A stretch of DNA of 19,487 nucleotides from a virus. The translations under genes and the position numbers were made by a program. Positions within the stretch are counted from its first letter, which is position 1. Each line of letters starts with the position of its first letter. Under the pieces are notes generated by a model. That model saw nothing but the letters and a program-made list of their open reading frames with translations. It ran no database searches and had not been told where the DNA came from. The DNA is taken from UHGV virus genome UHGV-1272094. One strand, written 5' to 3'. Below, piece by piece: positions 8,257 to 16,940 of this stretch.

Positions 8257-9643
8257 TGATTTCCATCAACATTACACTCTGATTTTTTAATTCATCGATC
8301 ACATCCTCTGGACGGGAATCCTGATCGATAAATTTCAACGCCTGCAACACCCGAACCGCATCAATCTGACGTATATCACCGCCCTGACGCAATGACTGAA
8401 CAGCCAGCGCGGAGGATGAGTCAAACACCTGGGCAGATACATCCAGTTCAGTGCGCACATCCACATTGCCACCGCAACTCTCTCCGCTCCATTCCGCCAT
8501 TATCTGGAGAATATTATCGAGGGCATCTTCGAGGGAGTTCGCCATTGTATAAAGCGGCGAGTGTTCCTGCATCCGCTCTTCATTAGTCTGATCAACAGAT
8601 TTGGTGGATGTATTTTCAGCCCGCAGAAGTTTAGCGCCGGCATGACGCATCTGATTTTCCAGCTTCTCAAGTGATGTTTCGCCAGATTCTATCGCTGCGC
8701 CACTATGTTCAACATATTCGAGGCCATTTTTTGTTCTGTCCTCAAAAATCGTAGCCGTGGATGCACCAACCGTCAGTTCTTCATTCCTGTCCAGCCCGTA
8801 GGCCACCAGCAATGGAACGCGGGCAACATGAAGAATATTGTCCTGCTCGCTCTGGCTTTGCCAGTGCTTGATATTCAGCAAGCCAAGATTAAGCAATGGC
8901 GGTGTACCACGCATAAACCCTGTTTTCTTCGTATACAGTGTTACCAGAGGAATATCATCACGGCTGGTATTCCATGACTCATGAAGCATCCAGACAGATT
9001 CGCCATTAGTACCTTCGCTGCGTCGATAAATTTCTACTCGACGGGGCATAATATGGCGGATCTGCTCCACCTTCTTCTGCCCGAAATCATCACCATCAAT
9101 AATGATGACCTCTTTTATACGCAAATCAGTGAGAACAACTTTCCCTTTTTCAACTTTCGATTTCCATCCAATAACCTGGCGTGGATTCAGCATCGTAACG
9201 TACGGGCGACCACCGGCCGCGTTTTCATCGGCTTTTGTCCGAATCTCGTTCATATCCGTTCGTGGATAGTCCACCAGCGCATGTGCCACACCATACTGAA
9301 ATGCGAGACTGAAAAATTGCTGCGCCCACACATCCAGTCGGCTCCCCTCCATGTCGATATTTTCTGCATATTCCCTGATTTTTTCCGGCGTTTCCTCACT
9401 CAATACTGTCGGCTCTGCAAATATGCGCCCAATATTTTGTTTGATGCTTTCTTCATACACAGGAAGTAACGTAGCCACAGACAGGCGTTTTTTATAAGCG
9501 TCTTCATCTTCATTAGGCCATTTGGGGAGATAATTTTCCCCCTGCCTGCGCATTTCAAGCGTACCGCCCATCAATGCGTCGTTAATATCCCACGCCTCCA
9601 GCATATCGTTATAGTCGAGGTTGGGTGTTGATATATCAGCCAT
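8237..9643 (-). CDS. Portal protein
   Basis: 468-aa ORF starting 2 nt after the terL stop (ATG 9641-9643, MADISTPNLDYNDMLEAWD...). Size and position are those of a portal gene. Confidence 0.75.
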   Translation of the reverse strand: MADISTPNLDYNDMLEAWDINDALMGGTLEMRRQGENYLPKWPNEDEDAYKKRLSVATLLPVYEESIKQNIGRIFAEPTVLSEETPEKIREYAENIDMEGSRLDVWAQQFFSLAFQYGVAHALVDYPRTDMNEIRTKADENAAGGRPYVTMLNPRQVIGWKSKVEKGKVVLTDLRIKEVIIIDGDDFGQKKVEQIRHIMPRRVEIYRRSEGTNGESVWMLHESWNTSRDDIPLVTLYTKKTGFMRGTPPLLNLGLLNIKHWQSQSEQDNILHVARVPLLVAYGLDRNEELTVGASTATIFEDRTKNGLEYVEHSGAAIESGETSLEKLENQMRHAGAKLLRAENTSTKSVDQTNEERMQEHSPLYTMANSLEDALDNILQIMAEWSGESCGGNVDVRTELDVSAQVFDSSSALAVQSLRQGGDIRQIDAVRVLQALKFIDQDSRPEDVIDELKNQSVMLMEINDANRE

Positions 9644-9645
9644 AA

Positions 9646-10947
9646 TTAAATCCGAAGTGATGTGACTCTTCCGGTCGGTTTGACAATAGGGAATTGCTTA
9701 ACGATGAAATAACCTCCGGCATCATTCGGGTGATCATTGCCAGATTTTTTATCAGGCTCCCCCTTATCATCCCAGACCTGTTGCTCCAGAGATTCGGCAT
9801 ATACCGGACAACGCTTCACATTAACTTTATAGCGACGCTCACCATTGGCATTGCAGAACATTGCATTCATTGAGTTAACGCGATCTTTTACTGGCGGGTT
9901 CGAGCTGTTCACCACAACGTTAAAACCTGCCTGCTTAAGCTGGGCTATATCCGTCGTACTTGCGTTACTTGATTTTCTGGAATCTCCGGAAGCATCTGGA
10001 TAAATATAAATCTCCCTCACTTTCCGGTAATCATGCCCGTCATACAGCCAGAAGCGTTCTTTAATGAGGCGGATCATATCCGGCGTATCGTAGGCATTGA
10101 TGATTTCAGTTACCGCACATGGAAGCCCCAAACGCAGCACATGGACGATTCCCGCCATCTTTCCAACGTTAAAATCCATCCCAATATAAATCGGCTCCCC
10201 TGGCTGCTCCACTTCTTCGCAATTATTCAGTTTCCGGTCAAACTGATGGTAAACAGTACCACTTGTCAGGTTAGTAAACCGTCCTAGAAGATAGGCTTTA
10301 ATCAGCTCTGGAGGGTATGATTCAAGAAGTGAAGGAATGTAATCTGCTGGCAGGTTCTTTTCATTATCGAAAGTAGATGCCTGCACCAGACCATACAGTG
10401 AGGCCAGCTCTGTTTTTTCACGCACGGCTTTAACAAACTGCTCGTAGACAAATTTGAATCCTTCCGGCGTGGTTGTAACGTCAATACCGTTGCGAAGTCC
10501 ATCAATCTTATAACGCATACGCGCAATTATCTTGCGCCACGCCGTTCTGGCTTTTTCCTTCGGCAAAATGTCCAGTTCATCCACCAGCGCATTACCAATT
10601 TTGAAACCGACGATCGTTTGTGGCTTCTCCATCGATCTGCAGATAGTGGTTCCCCGATACTGGCGTCCGTAATAAAAGTGAACCTCTTTATTTCCCTCAT
10701 TAATTTTTACGTTCAATCCCCAGTCAGCAGCAACTTCTTCCACTGTAGGGTAAAAAATATCGCGAATTTGGGGATACGTTGGCGCAAAATATCCCTGATT
10801 TATACCTGGATGCTCCCAAATCCCCTTGCATATGCCGCCACACCCAACCCATGTTTTGCCCGAGCCAAAACCAGCAATATAGGCTTTAAATTTATGGGGC
10901 ATTGAAAGAAATCGCGCCTGAGGCACATTAAGCGTCGGAGAGATCAT
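9646..10947 (-). CDS. Terminase large subunit
   Basis: Walker A motif in ...KAYIAGFGSGKTWVGCGG... Preferred ATG at 10945-10947 with AAGGAG 8 nt upstream, 433 aa. Overlaps the terS stop by 20 nt. Confidence 0.9.
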   Translation of the reverse strand: MISPTLNVPQARFLSMPHKFKAYIAGFGSGKTWVGCGGICKGIWEHPGINQGYFAPTYPQIRDIFYPTVEEVAADWGLNVKINEGNKEVHFYYGRQYRGTTICRSMEKPQTIVGFKIGNALVDELDILPKEKARTAWRKIIARMRYKIDGLRNGIDVTTTPEGFKFVYEQFVKAVREKTELASLYGLVQASTFDNEKNLPADYIPSLLESYPPELIKAYLLGRFTNLTSGTVYHQFDRKLNNCEEVEQPGEPIYIGMDFNVGKMAGIVHVLRLGLPCAVTEIINAYDTPDMIRLIKERFWLYDGHDYRKVREIYIYPDASGDSRKSSNASTTDIAQLKQAGFNVVVNSSNPPVKDRVNSMNAMFCNANGERRYKVNVKRCPVYAESLEQQVWDDKGEPDKKSGNDHPNDAGGYFIVKQFPIVKPTGRVTSLRI

Positions 10948-12022
10948 CTTCATCACTCCTTAATCTGGCATCAACCACATTAATATTGATCGCCACAGGC
11001 TGGGGATGTTCATTATCCTCCACCGTTTCGATCTCTTTGCGCAGCTTCTGGTTCTCTATTCTGCGCCGTTCAATTTCCAGTTCCTGTAGCCGCTTATCTG
11101 CACATAATGCCCCGCCAGCAGAAAGCAAACGCAACAATTCACGCCGGGCGGCAGCCTTATCCTCCAGCAGGATCTCAACACCGTATTTTCCGAGCTTTGA
11201 CCCTGCATATAATTGCCGCGCATCCCCATCAAGCAGTGTGGTATCAGCCATATAAAGCTGTCCTGTTCCCTCACCGCAGCACTTCGGGCAATCAGGATTG
11301 GGTATGGCGTTATCAACAAAGCCGAGGCCTCCATATTCCGGCTCGGGTTTACCATCTCTGGAGGCCTGTGCCGCAGCCTTATCGAATTCTGCAATATCAC
11401 GCCACTGGTAGAGATGATTCTCGCCCCAGCAATAACGGCAGTTAACACGGCGAAATTGTGCCAACTGATTGGGGTCGGCCTGGACAATGGCCATCAACTG
11501 GCTCACCAGTAAATCCAGGTCTGCGGTATAGCGTTTCTGGTACTGATTGCGGAAGTAGCTGATAGCACGATAAACCCTGGCATTTCTAAGCATACGGCTG
11601 GCGTTGCTGTTAGCTGTCGCACCTTGCCCCTCATAACCAGCCAGTCGGTATGCCTCTGTCGGCTTTTTCCCCTGAGCAACCAACATGGCGAATTTTGCCT
11701 GCTGGTCAGAAATACCGAATTCATCGGGGCAGAACGAAATTTCTTCCGTGTCCCCCTCAATCAGGAGTGCATCGGATACAGCCTTTTTTTTCTGAGATTT
11801 TCCGTTCTGCCTTTGCGCAGTCTGCGCAGTTTTTTTTCGCGCACTTTTTTGCGCAGTTTTGCGCATTTCTTTCTGCGCATTTTTCGGAGTTTTTTTGATG
11901 TAACGACGGGCTGTTGCGTAGTTCAGTCCCCTTGCTTCACACCATGCCACCGGAGATATACCGGAGCGGGTGTATTCAGCAATATACTCCTGCTGCAACG
12001 CCCCCCAGTCCGGTCTGCTCAT
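10928..12022 (-). CDS. Terminase small subunit, unusually long (364 aa) with extra domains
   Basis: Central segment ...QQAKFAMLVAQGKKPTEAYRLAGYEGQGATANSNASRMLRNARVYRAI... matches the conserved terS core as I recall it. N-terminal HTH-like region, Lys-rich linker, and C-terminal Cys-rich segments (CRYCW...CPKCCGEG) plus coiled coil. ATG 12020-12022 with AGGA upstream. Confidence 0.8.
   Translation of the reverse strand: MSRPDWGALQQEYIAEYTRSGISPVAWCEARGLNYATARRYIKKTPKNAQKEMRKTAQKSARKKTAQTAQRQNGKSQKKKAVSDALLIEGDTEEISFCPDEFGISDQQAKFAMLVAQGKKPTEAYRLAGYEGQGATANSNASRMLRNARVYRAISYFRNQYQKRYTADLDLLVSQLMAIVQADPNQLAQFRRVNCRYCWGENHLYQWRDIAEFDKAAAQASRDGKPEPEYGGLGFVDNAIPNPDCPKCCGEGTGQLYMADTTLLDGDARQLYAGSKLGKYGVEILLEDKAAARRELLRLLSAGGALCADKRLQELEIERRRIENQKLRKEIETVEDNEHPQPVAININVVDARLRSDEDDLSDA
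11814..11879. repeat. Array of six palindromic TGCGCA hexamers (one CGCGCA variant) separated by T-tracts, inside terS
   Basis: Copies start at 11814, 11823, 11838 (variant), 11850, 11860 and 11874, spaced 9-15 bp apart and each followed by T runs. The array encodes the Lys-rich linker of terS. Confidence 0.8.
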
Positions 12023-12025
12023 CAG

Positions 12026-12277
12026 TTAGTCCTGATTTTTATCCACCCTGAGTAGTTCGCGCAGAGCAAAGGCATCCCCTTTTCTGGCAAGCTTAAACAA
12101 TGCCGCTCGTAACTCGGCTTCACCTTTCGCTCTGCCCTTACGGATGGCCGCATAAAAATCTGTCATTGCTTCCCGATTTTCTTTCAGTCGGTTCAGATCA
12201 ACATCCAGAACGTCAGCGATTTGTTGTGCAGTCATCCGGCACGCTGCCAGAGACTCGACTTTCGAATACGGAATCAT
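12026..12277 (-). CDS. Small HTH-like protein of unknown function upstream of terS
   Basis: 83-aa ORF MIPYSKVESLAACRMTAQQIADVLDVDLNRLKENREAMTDFYAAIRKGRAKGEAEL... Stop is 3 nt before the terS ATG. Its 5' end overlaps the 3' end of the GT-like gene. Confidence 0.5.
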   Translation of the reverse strand: MIPYSKVESLAACRMTAQQIADVLDVDLNRLKENREAMTDFYAAIRKGRAKGEAELRAALFKLARKGDAFALRELLRVDKNQD

Positions 12278-13169
12278 TTGTCACCCCCATTGATATGCAG
12301 GGTGTCTTCTTCCTGTATTTTTCGTGAAGGATTTTTACTGCAGCGTTGTTCCAGGTGACCTGATGGTGAATGCGTTTATGGCTGGCACCCATCAGTGAGA
12401 TTTTTACGCACGACGGCGAATACATGACGGAGTAAAAACTTTTAACGTAGGTTCCGGAATCCAGATACAGCTCGGTCATTCCGCCGCTGTTTTTCTGCGT
12501 CTGTTTCTGCCCTAACTGGACAGCACCGATCGTCATAAACAATTCACCACAGCGACCGAGATTCGTGTACGTATTCACATCCTCGTTAATGCGCCCCATG
12601 AATGAGAACGGTCGATCAACCGAACAGATAAAGCTGTTCATTGCCTTGCGTTTCACCCACGAAGCATGGCCGCCATTGTCACCAAGAAAATCCCCGCCCT
12701 GCGACATAGCGATGGAAAGCGCGGGTATTGATTCGTAATACGCCAGCATTTCAGAAAGGATCGCATCCAGTTTCCTTATCGGGAAATAGGCCTGGTCATA
12801 GTTGCGATCCACCCGAAACTGGAACTCGTGATAATCATCATCGAGCTGAATGAAGTATTTACACCCGACCAGTTTTGCCAGGTCGAAACAGGCATTACGG
12901 GCGTAAAAAATTGAGCGGCGATCACCAAAATTATCGGCTTCGTCAAAACGACTGGCAATATCGGCTTTGGAAAATACCAGCACCTGTTCACCAAATTCAG
13001 CCATGTACTGATGCCGTGTCTTATCTTCATCATCAACAACGATAAAAATTTTCCCGGTATAGCCAGCACGACGCAACGTCCGGTAAGTCAGAACTTTGTC
13101 CGGTCGCCCGTGAGTCAGAATAAAGGCGCAAAAATCATCACGCATATTCCTCCTCCTCCTCCCCGCCAT
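12213..13169 (-). CDS. GT-A fold glycosyltransferase-like protein
   Basis: N-terminus AFILTHGRPDKVLTYRTLRRAGYTGKIFIVVDDED resembles the first strand/helix/strand of GT-A (GT2-like) enzymes. A DxD-type motif follows at ...YFIQLDDDYHE... Alternative ATG at 13145 gives 310 aa, with GGAGGAGGAGG just upstream. Confidence 0.55.
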   Translation of the reverse strand: MAGRRRRNMRDDFCAFILTHGRPDKVLTYRTLRRAGYTGKIFIVVDDEDKTRHQYMAEFGEQVLVFSKADIASRFDEADNFGDRRSIFYARNACFDLAKLVGCKYFIQLDDDYHEFQFRVDRNYDQAYFPIRKLDAILSEMLAYYESIPALSIAMSQGGDFLGDNGGHASWVKRKAMNSFICSVDRPFSFMGRINEDVNTYTNLGRCGELFMTIGAVQLGQKQTQKNSGGMTELYLDSGTYVKSFYSVMYSPSCVKISLMGASHKRIHHQVTWNNAAVKILHEKYRKKTPCISMGVTNDSVFESRVSGSVPDDCTTNR

Positions 13170-13932
13170 GCATGATCTCCACCATGCGCTGCGTCATTCG
13201 GACAAATCCATTTTCAATAGCCTGCTGATAATCAATGATCACCAGCGCCGACTCCTCGAAAAGGCACTGAATTTCAGCGGGGGCATGAGCGTAATAGTCC
13301 GCAATTCTGCTGAAATTAAACACTGTGTGACGTTCTGCCGCACACAGGAGGAATTTCTCAATATCAGGATCAAGGGACGCCGAACGTATCCGGCTGATCA
13401 GCTCCTGAGTTTTCGTATCGTCGTACAGTTCACTGATATCCGGTTTACCGCCCGACGGCTCATAAACAGGCGTATCAATTTTCGTCGTATACGGCTCCTC
13501 CTCATTTCCTGTACCGGGCAAAACATCCGTCAACAGTTCATCAATTTCTGTCGGGATGAAGCCTGTCAGGGAGACATCAAAATCAGCATTGATTAGGTCC
13601 GACAGCTCCATCCGCAACAGATCTTCATCCCAGCCAGCATTCATCGGCAGGCGATTATCTGCCAGGCGGTACGCCTTTTTCTGCTCATCCGTCAGGCCAG
13701 ACAGAACAATGACCGGAACAGAATCCATTTTGAGCATTTCAGCCGCCATAACACGACCGTGACCCGCAATAATTTCGCCCTTTTCGTCAATCAGCACCGG
13801 ATTAGTCCAGCCGAATTGCTTAATACTTTCTACCAGTTGTGCCACCTGCTCAGGGCTGTGCGTCCTGGCGTTGTGCGCATACGGTGACAATTCTTGTAAT
13901 GGGCGATAGACTATCTTTAATTTCTCGCTCAT
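13138..13932 (-). CDS. ParB-like nuclease domain (ParB/Srx fold) protein
   Basis: MSEKLKIVYRPLQELSPYAHNARTHSPEQVAQLVESIKQFGWTNPVLIDEKGEIIAGHGRVMAA... is a typical ParB N-terminal domain with the GxGR box. Acidic C-terminal tail GGEEEEEYA. ATG at 13930-13932. Confidence 0.8.
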   Translation of the reverse strand: MSEKLKIVYRPLQELSPYAHNARTHSPEQVAQLVESIKQFGWTNPVLIDEKGEIIAGHGRVMAAEMLKMDSVPVIVLSGLTDEQKKAYRLADNRLPMNAGWDEDLLRMELSDLINADFDVSLTGFIPTEIDELLTDVLPGTGNEEEPYTTKIDTPVYEPSGGKPDISELYDDTKTQELISRIRSASLDPDIEKFLLCAAERHTVFNFSRIADYYAHAPAEIQCLFEESALVIIDYQQAIENGFVRMTQRMVEIMHGGEEEEEYA

Positions 13933-13954
13933 ACAGCCTTGCTTTATGAATAAA

Positions 13955-13983
13955 ACGCACCCCAGCAGCCAGTGCTACTGGGG
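13955..13983 (-). terminator. Weak terminator-like hairpin downstream of trkG
   Basis: Stem ccccag/ctgggg (13960-13965 and 13978-13983) with an inner agc/gct helix. On the minus strand a UUUUAUU tract follows after a 4-nt spacer. Confidence 0.3.
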
Positions 13984-14069
13984 ACGGAGGGGTTGCTGGT
14001 AAAGTTAGGTATTGGATCAATGAGTGAGTCAACATAATATTAAACTCACAATTATAAATCAGCCATATA

Positions 14070-15545
14070 TTAGGAGCGCCAAAAAAAACCTGAAAACAAT
14101 ATAATAACAGGATAAATTTCAAGGCGACCAAGAATCATAGCTATGCACATTAAACATTTTGCAATGTCATTAAGCACTCCGAATGACGATGCAGTAGCCC
14201 CAAAACCTAATCCCATATTATTAATACATGCAGCCACTGTTGCAAATGATGTAAGAAAATCATATCCCATACCATTTAACACCAGTATAAAAAACACCGT
14301 GAAGAGAGTATAAAGAAAAAAGAAACTCCATACAGACCTCATTACACGATCTGTAACTATCTTCCCTCCTACATTTACACTCAACAACGCTCTGGGATGA
14401 GAAAGCTGATTTATCTCGTGTTTGCTTTGTTTGAAAAGTATAAGAAATCGAAGTGACTTAATTCCACCACAAGTTGAACCTATACATCCCCCAAAGAAAC
14501 TTGACAACAGCAAAAACACTATCGTGTGCGTGGGCCAACTTGCATAATCCTGCGTAGCTAAACCATTATCAGTGAGCATGGAGCTGGCAAGAAAAAACGA
14601 ATGAATAAAACTTCCATGCAAGTCATACATACCTATATGCCAGACCTGGAAAGAGGTAACAATGATCACCCCTAAGGCTATTAACAGAAAGAAACGAAGT
14701 TCAATATCTCTGATTAAAGGTTTTATCGTTTTCCTGCTAATAACAATATACCAAAGAGTGAAGTTGAAAGCCGATAGCAGGGAAAAAGAACGAGCCACCA
14801 GCTCAACCAAATAGTTATTAAAATATCCGATACTCTCGCTATGAGTTGAGAAACCACCAAGCGAAACTGTGGAAATCCCGTGACAAATAGCATCAAACAA
14901 AGGCATTCCTGCAAGTCTATAACAGACAATACAAGCAATACCTAATAAAGAATAAGTTATCCACAGTGTCCGTGACGTATCGGCCAGGCGGGGAGTGAGT
15001 TTGTCATCCTTAAATGGCCCCGGCATTTCTGACTGATAAAGCTTTGCACCACCAATACCCAATAATGGCAATACAGCAACCGCCAGAACAATAACTCCTA
15101 AACCACCTATAAAATTTAACTGTGACCGATAGTACAAATATGCCCGAGGTAATGAACTAACATCATCAATTACAGTTGCTCCTGTTGTTGTTATTCCAGA
15201 AACCCCTTCAAACAGAGCATCAATGAACGTTAAATTAAGTTCTGAGTCAATCCATAAAGGGAATGCACTAATAACAGAAAACAAAATCCAAAACATTACA
15301 ATTATAATAAACCCATCACGGGTACGTAATTGAATGCCAGATTTCTTAGTTGTATACCACGCTCCGCCACCAATGCAAAAAAATATAACGAAAGTTATAA
15401 AGAAAACGAACAGGCTTTTTTCTTTATAAAACAATGCTACAACCATTGGTGGCAACATTGAAAGACTATAGAGCCAAACCAGGAACCCACACATATGAGT
15501 AACAACTCTTACATGAGATGTATTCATATCTAAATATTCTTTCAA
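14070..15545 (-). CDS. trkG: TrkH/TrkG-family K+ uptake membrane protein (prophage cargo)
   Basis: Polytopic membrane protein with TrkH-family motifs (...FEGVSGITTTGATV..., GGxGG-type loops). Matches my recollection of E. coli TrkG, which is encoded in the Rac prophage. TTG start at 15545 has AAGGTGG 6 nt upstream; the ATG at 15527 gives 485 aa (MNTSHVRVV...). The gene is visibly AT-rich compared with its neighbours. Confidence 0.85.
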   Translation of the reverse strand: MKEYLDMNTSHVRVVTHMCGFLVWLYSLSMLPPMVVALFYKEKSLFVFFITFVIFFCIGGGAWYTTKKSGIQLRTRDGFIIIVMFWILFSVISAFPLWIDSELNLTFIDALFEGVSGITTTGATVIDDVSSLPRAYLYYRSQLNFIGGLGVIVLAVAVLPLLGIGGAKLYQSEMPGPFKDDKLTPRLADTSRTLWITYSLLGIACIVCYRLAGMPLFDAICHGISTVSLGGFSTHSESIGYFNNYLVELVARSFSLLSAFNFTLWYIVISRKTIKPLIRDIELRFFLLIALGVIIVTSFQVWHIGMYDLHGSFIHSFFLASSMLTDNGLATQDYASWPTHTIVFLLLSSFFGGCIGSTCGGIKSLRFLILFKQSKHEINQLSHPRALLSVNVGGKIVTDRVMRSVWSFFFLYTLFTVFFILVLNGMGYDFLTSFATVAACINNMGLGFGATASSFGVLNDIAKCLMCIAMILGRLEIYPVIILFSGFFWRS

Positions 15546-15664
15546 TTATAACCACCTTGCTGCAATATTATGATTATACTGTATAAAATTTAACTCCTCT
15601 TAGATCTTACTTCACTGTTCCTTATGAAACAATCATCAAAATGAATCATATTGTAGTTAAGATT

Positions 15665-16129
15665 TTACTTTAAACACTGCTCGGTTATGTATTGCTGAGC
15701 ACCTTCAAGTTGGGCCTGCATCATTACCAGTCGTTCCCGGAGGGTGAAATAATCCCGTTCAGCGGTGTCTGCCAGTCGGGGGGAGGCTGCATTATCCACG
15801 CCGGAGGCGGTGGTGGCTTCACGCACTGACTGACAGACTGCTTTGATGTGCAACCGACGACGACCAGCGGCAACATCATCACGCAGAACATCATTTTCAG
15901 CTTTCGCATCAGCTAACTCCTTCGTGTATTTTGCATCGAGCGCAGCAACATCACGCTGACGCATCTGCATGTCAGTAATTGCCGCGTTCGCCAGCTTCAG
16001 TTCTCTGGCATTTTTGTCGCGCTGTTCTTTGTAGGCGATGGCGTTATCACGGTAATGATTAACACCCCATGACAGGCAGACGACGATGCAGATAACCAGA
16101 GCGGAGATAATCGCGGTTACTCTGTTCAT
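15665..16129 (-). CDS. Rz: Rz i-spanin
   Basis: [80 protein letters not shown]... is near-identical to lambda Rz as I recall it. Its ATG overlaps the endolysin stop as ATGA at 16126-16129. Confidence 0.9.
   Translation of the reverse strand: MNRVTAIISALVICIVVCLSWGVNHYRDNAIAYKEQRDKNARELKLANAAITDMQMRQRDVAALDAKYTKELADAKAENDVLRDDVAAGRRRLHIKAVCQSVREATTASGVDNAASPRLADTAERDYFTLRERLVMMQAQLEGAQQYITEQCLK
15724..15909 (-). CDS. Rz1: Rz1 o-spanin lipoprotein, embedded in Rz in the +1 frame
   Basis: [56 protein letters not shown]..., with lipobox VVGC and a Pro-rich tail, lying entirely inside Rz. Matches lambda Rz1 from memory. Confidence 0.85.
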   Translation of the reverse strand: MRKLKMMFCVMMLPLVVVGCTSKQSVSQCVKPPPPPAWIMQPPPDWQTPLNGIISPSGNDW

Positions 16130-16623
16130 TGCTGACCCCACAAACAGATTTCACGCTCAATCTCACGACGAGTCATGAGACCTTTCCATTGCTTACCGCC
16201 AGCATATGTCCAGCGACGTAGCTGATCACATGCGCCTTTGATATCGCCCTGGTTTATTTTGCGAAGAAGCGTCGATGTTCTGAAATTGCCAGCACCCACG
16301 TTGTAAACGAATGAGTAAAGAGCGCCGCGCGTTGTTTCCGGTATATCGACTTTGATGTACGGGTTAATTTGTCTGGCGACCGTGGCAAGGTCTTTATTCA
16401 AGAGTGTTTTGCATTCTGCTTTGGTATACGTTTTACCGAGCATGATGTCTTTTCCTGTATGCCCGTGACATACAGTCCATACACCAACAATATCTTTGTA
16501 TGGTATGTAGCTGACACCTTCCAGACCATCGTTACCACTTGGGCCAGTGATTAACACTGATGCTATAGCAATTGCTCCGCCACCAATAGCAGCAGCAACG
16601 ACTTTTCGTAATGATGGAGGCAT
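16126..16623 (-). CDS. R: SAR endolysin (lysozyme, phage P21 R-like)
   Basis: N-terminal signal-anchor-release segment [30 protein letters not shown]..., then a T4-lysozyme-like core. Closely resembles P21 R as I remember it. TAATG overlap with the holin stop at 16623. Confidence 0.85.
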   Translation of the reverse strand: MPPSLRKVVAAAIGGGAIAIASVLITGPSGNDGLEGVSYIPYKDIVGVWTVCHGHTGKDIMLGKTYTKAECKTLLNKDLATVARQINPYIKVDIPETTRGALYSFVYNVGAGNFRTSTLLRKINQGDIKGACDQLRRWTYAGGKQWKGLMTRREIEREICLWGQQ

Positions 16624-16838
16624 TATTCACCTCTCGCAGCCTTGCGCTTATCTTCTTTAATCTTGAAATAAAGGTTTGTCAGGTACGTCAGCAGGCCAAA
16701 TACCAGACTACCCAGCACACCGATTGCAGCCCACTGTGACGGAGTTACTCTATCGAGCAACTGTAAAAACCAGTAGCCAGCACTGCCTGCGGAGGTGCCG
16801 TAGGCAATGCCTGTTGAAATTTTGTCCATGGATTTCAT
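16623..16838 (-). CDS. S: Pinholin (P21 S-like) with dual-start motif
   Basis: [71 protein letters not shown]. ATGs at 16836-16838 (MKSMDK) and 16827-16829 (MDK), with GGAGGTGAGG upstream. The ORF-track 5' extension to 16895 is not supported. Confidence 0.85.
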   Translation of the reverse strand: MKSMDKISTGIAYGTSAGSAGYWFLQLLDRVTPSQWAAIGVLGSLVFGLLTYLTNLYFKIKEDKRKAARGE

Positions 16839-16940
16839 AGCCTCACCTCCGCACGGAACGGATGGCATAGTTATTATGTGTAGGCTTTCAGACACATCAA
16901 TCAGAGCCTTAATTGATATATATGCTGGAGACGATGCAAT

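Noticed and set aside
8981-9469. Plus-strand ORF (162 aa) antisense to the portal gene
   Set aside because: Shadow ORF opposite a strong minus-strand gene with no independent support. The same applies to the other plus-strand track ORFs (for example 6221..6583, 7576..7935, 10033..10287, 11107..11445, 13168..13596).
11624-12055. Plus-strand ORF (143 aa) with repetitive FLRxF translation
   Set aside because: Its repetitiveness is the antisense reading of the TGCGCA/T-tract array inside terS, not a real protein.
16873-16900. Sigma70-like hexamers (TTGATG, 16 bp, CATAAT) directly upstream of the pinholin
   Set aside because: A constitutive promoter driving holin and endolysin would be lethal in a lysogen. 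The lysis genes are expected to be expressed from Q-antiterminated late transcripts, so this match is probably fortuitous.
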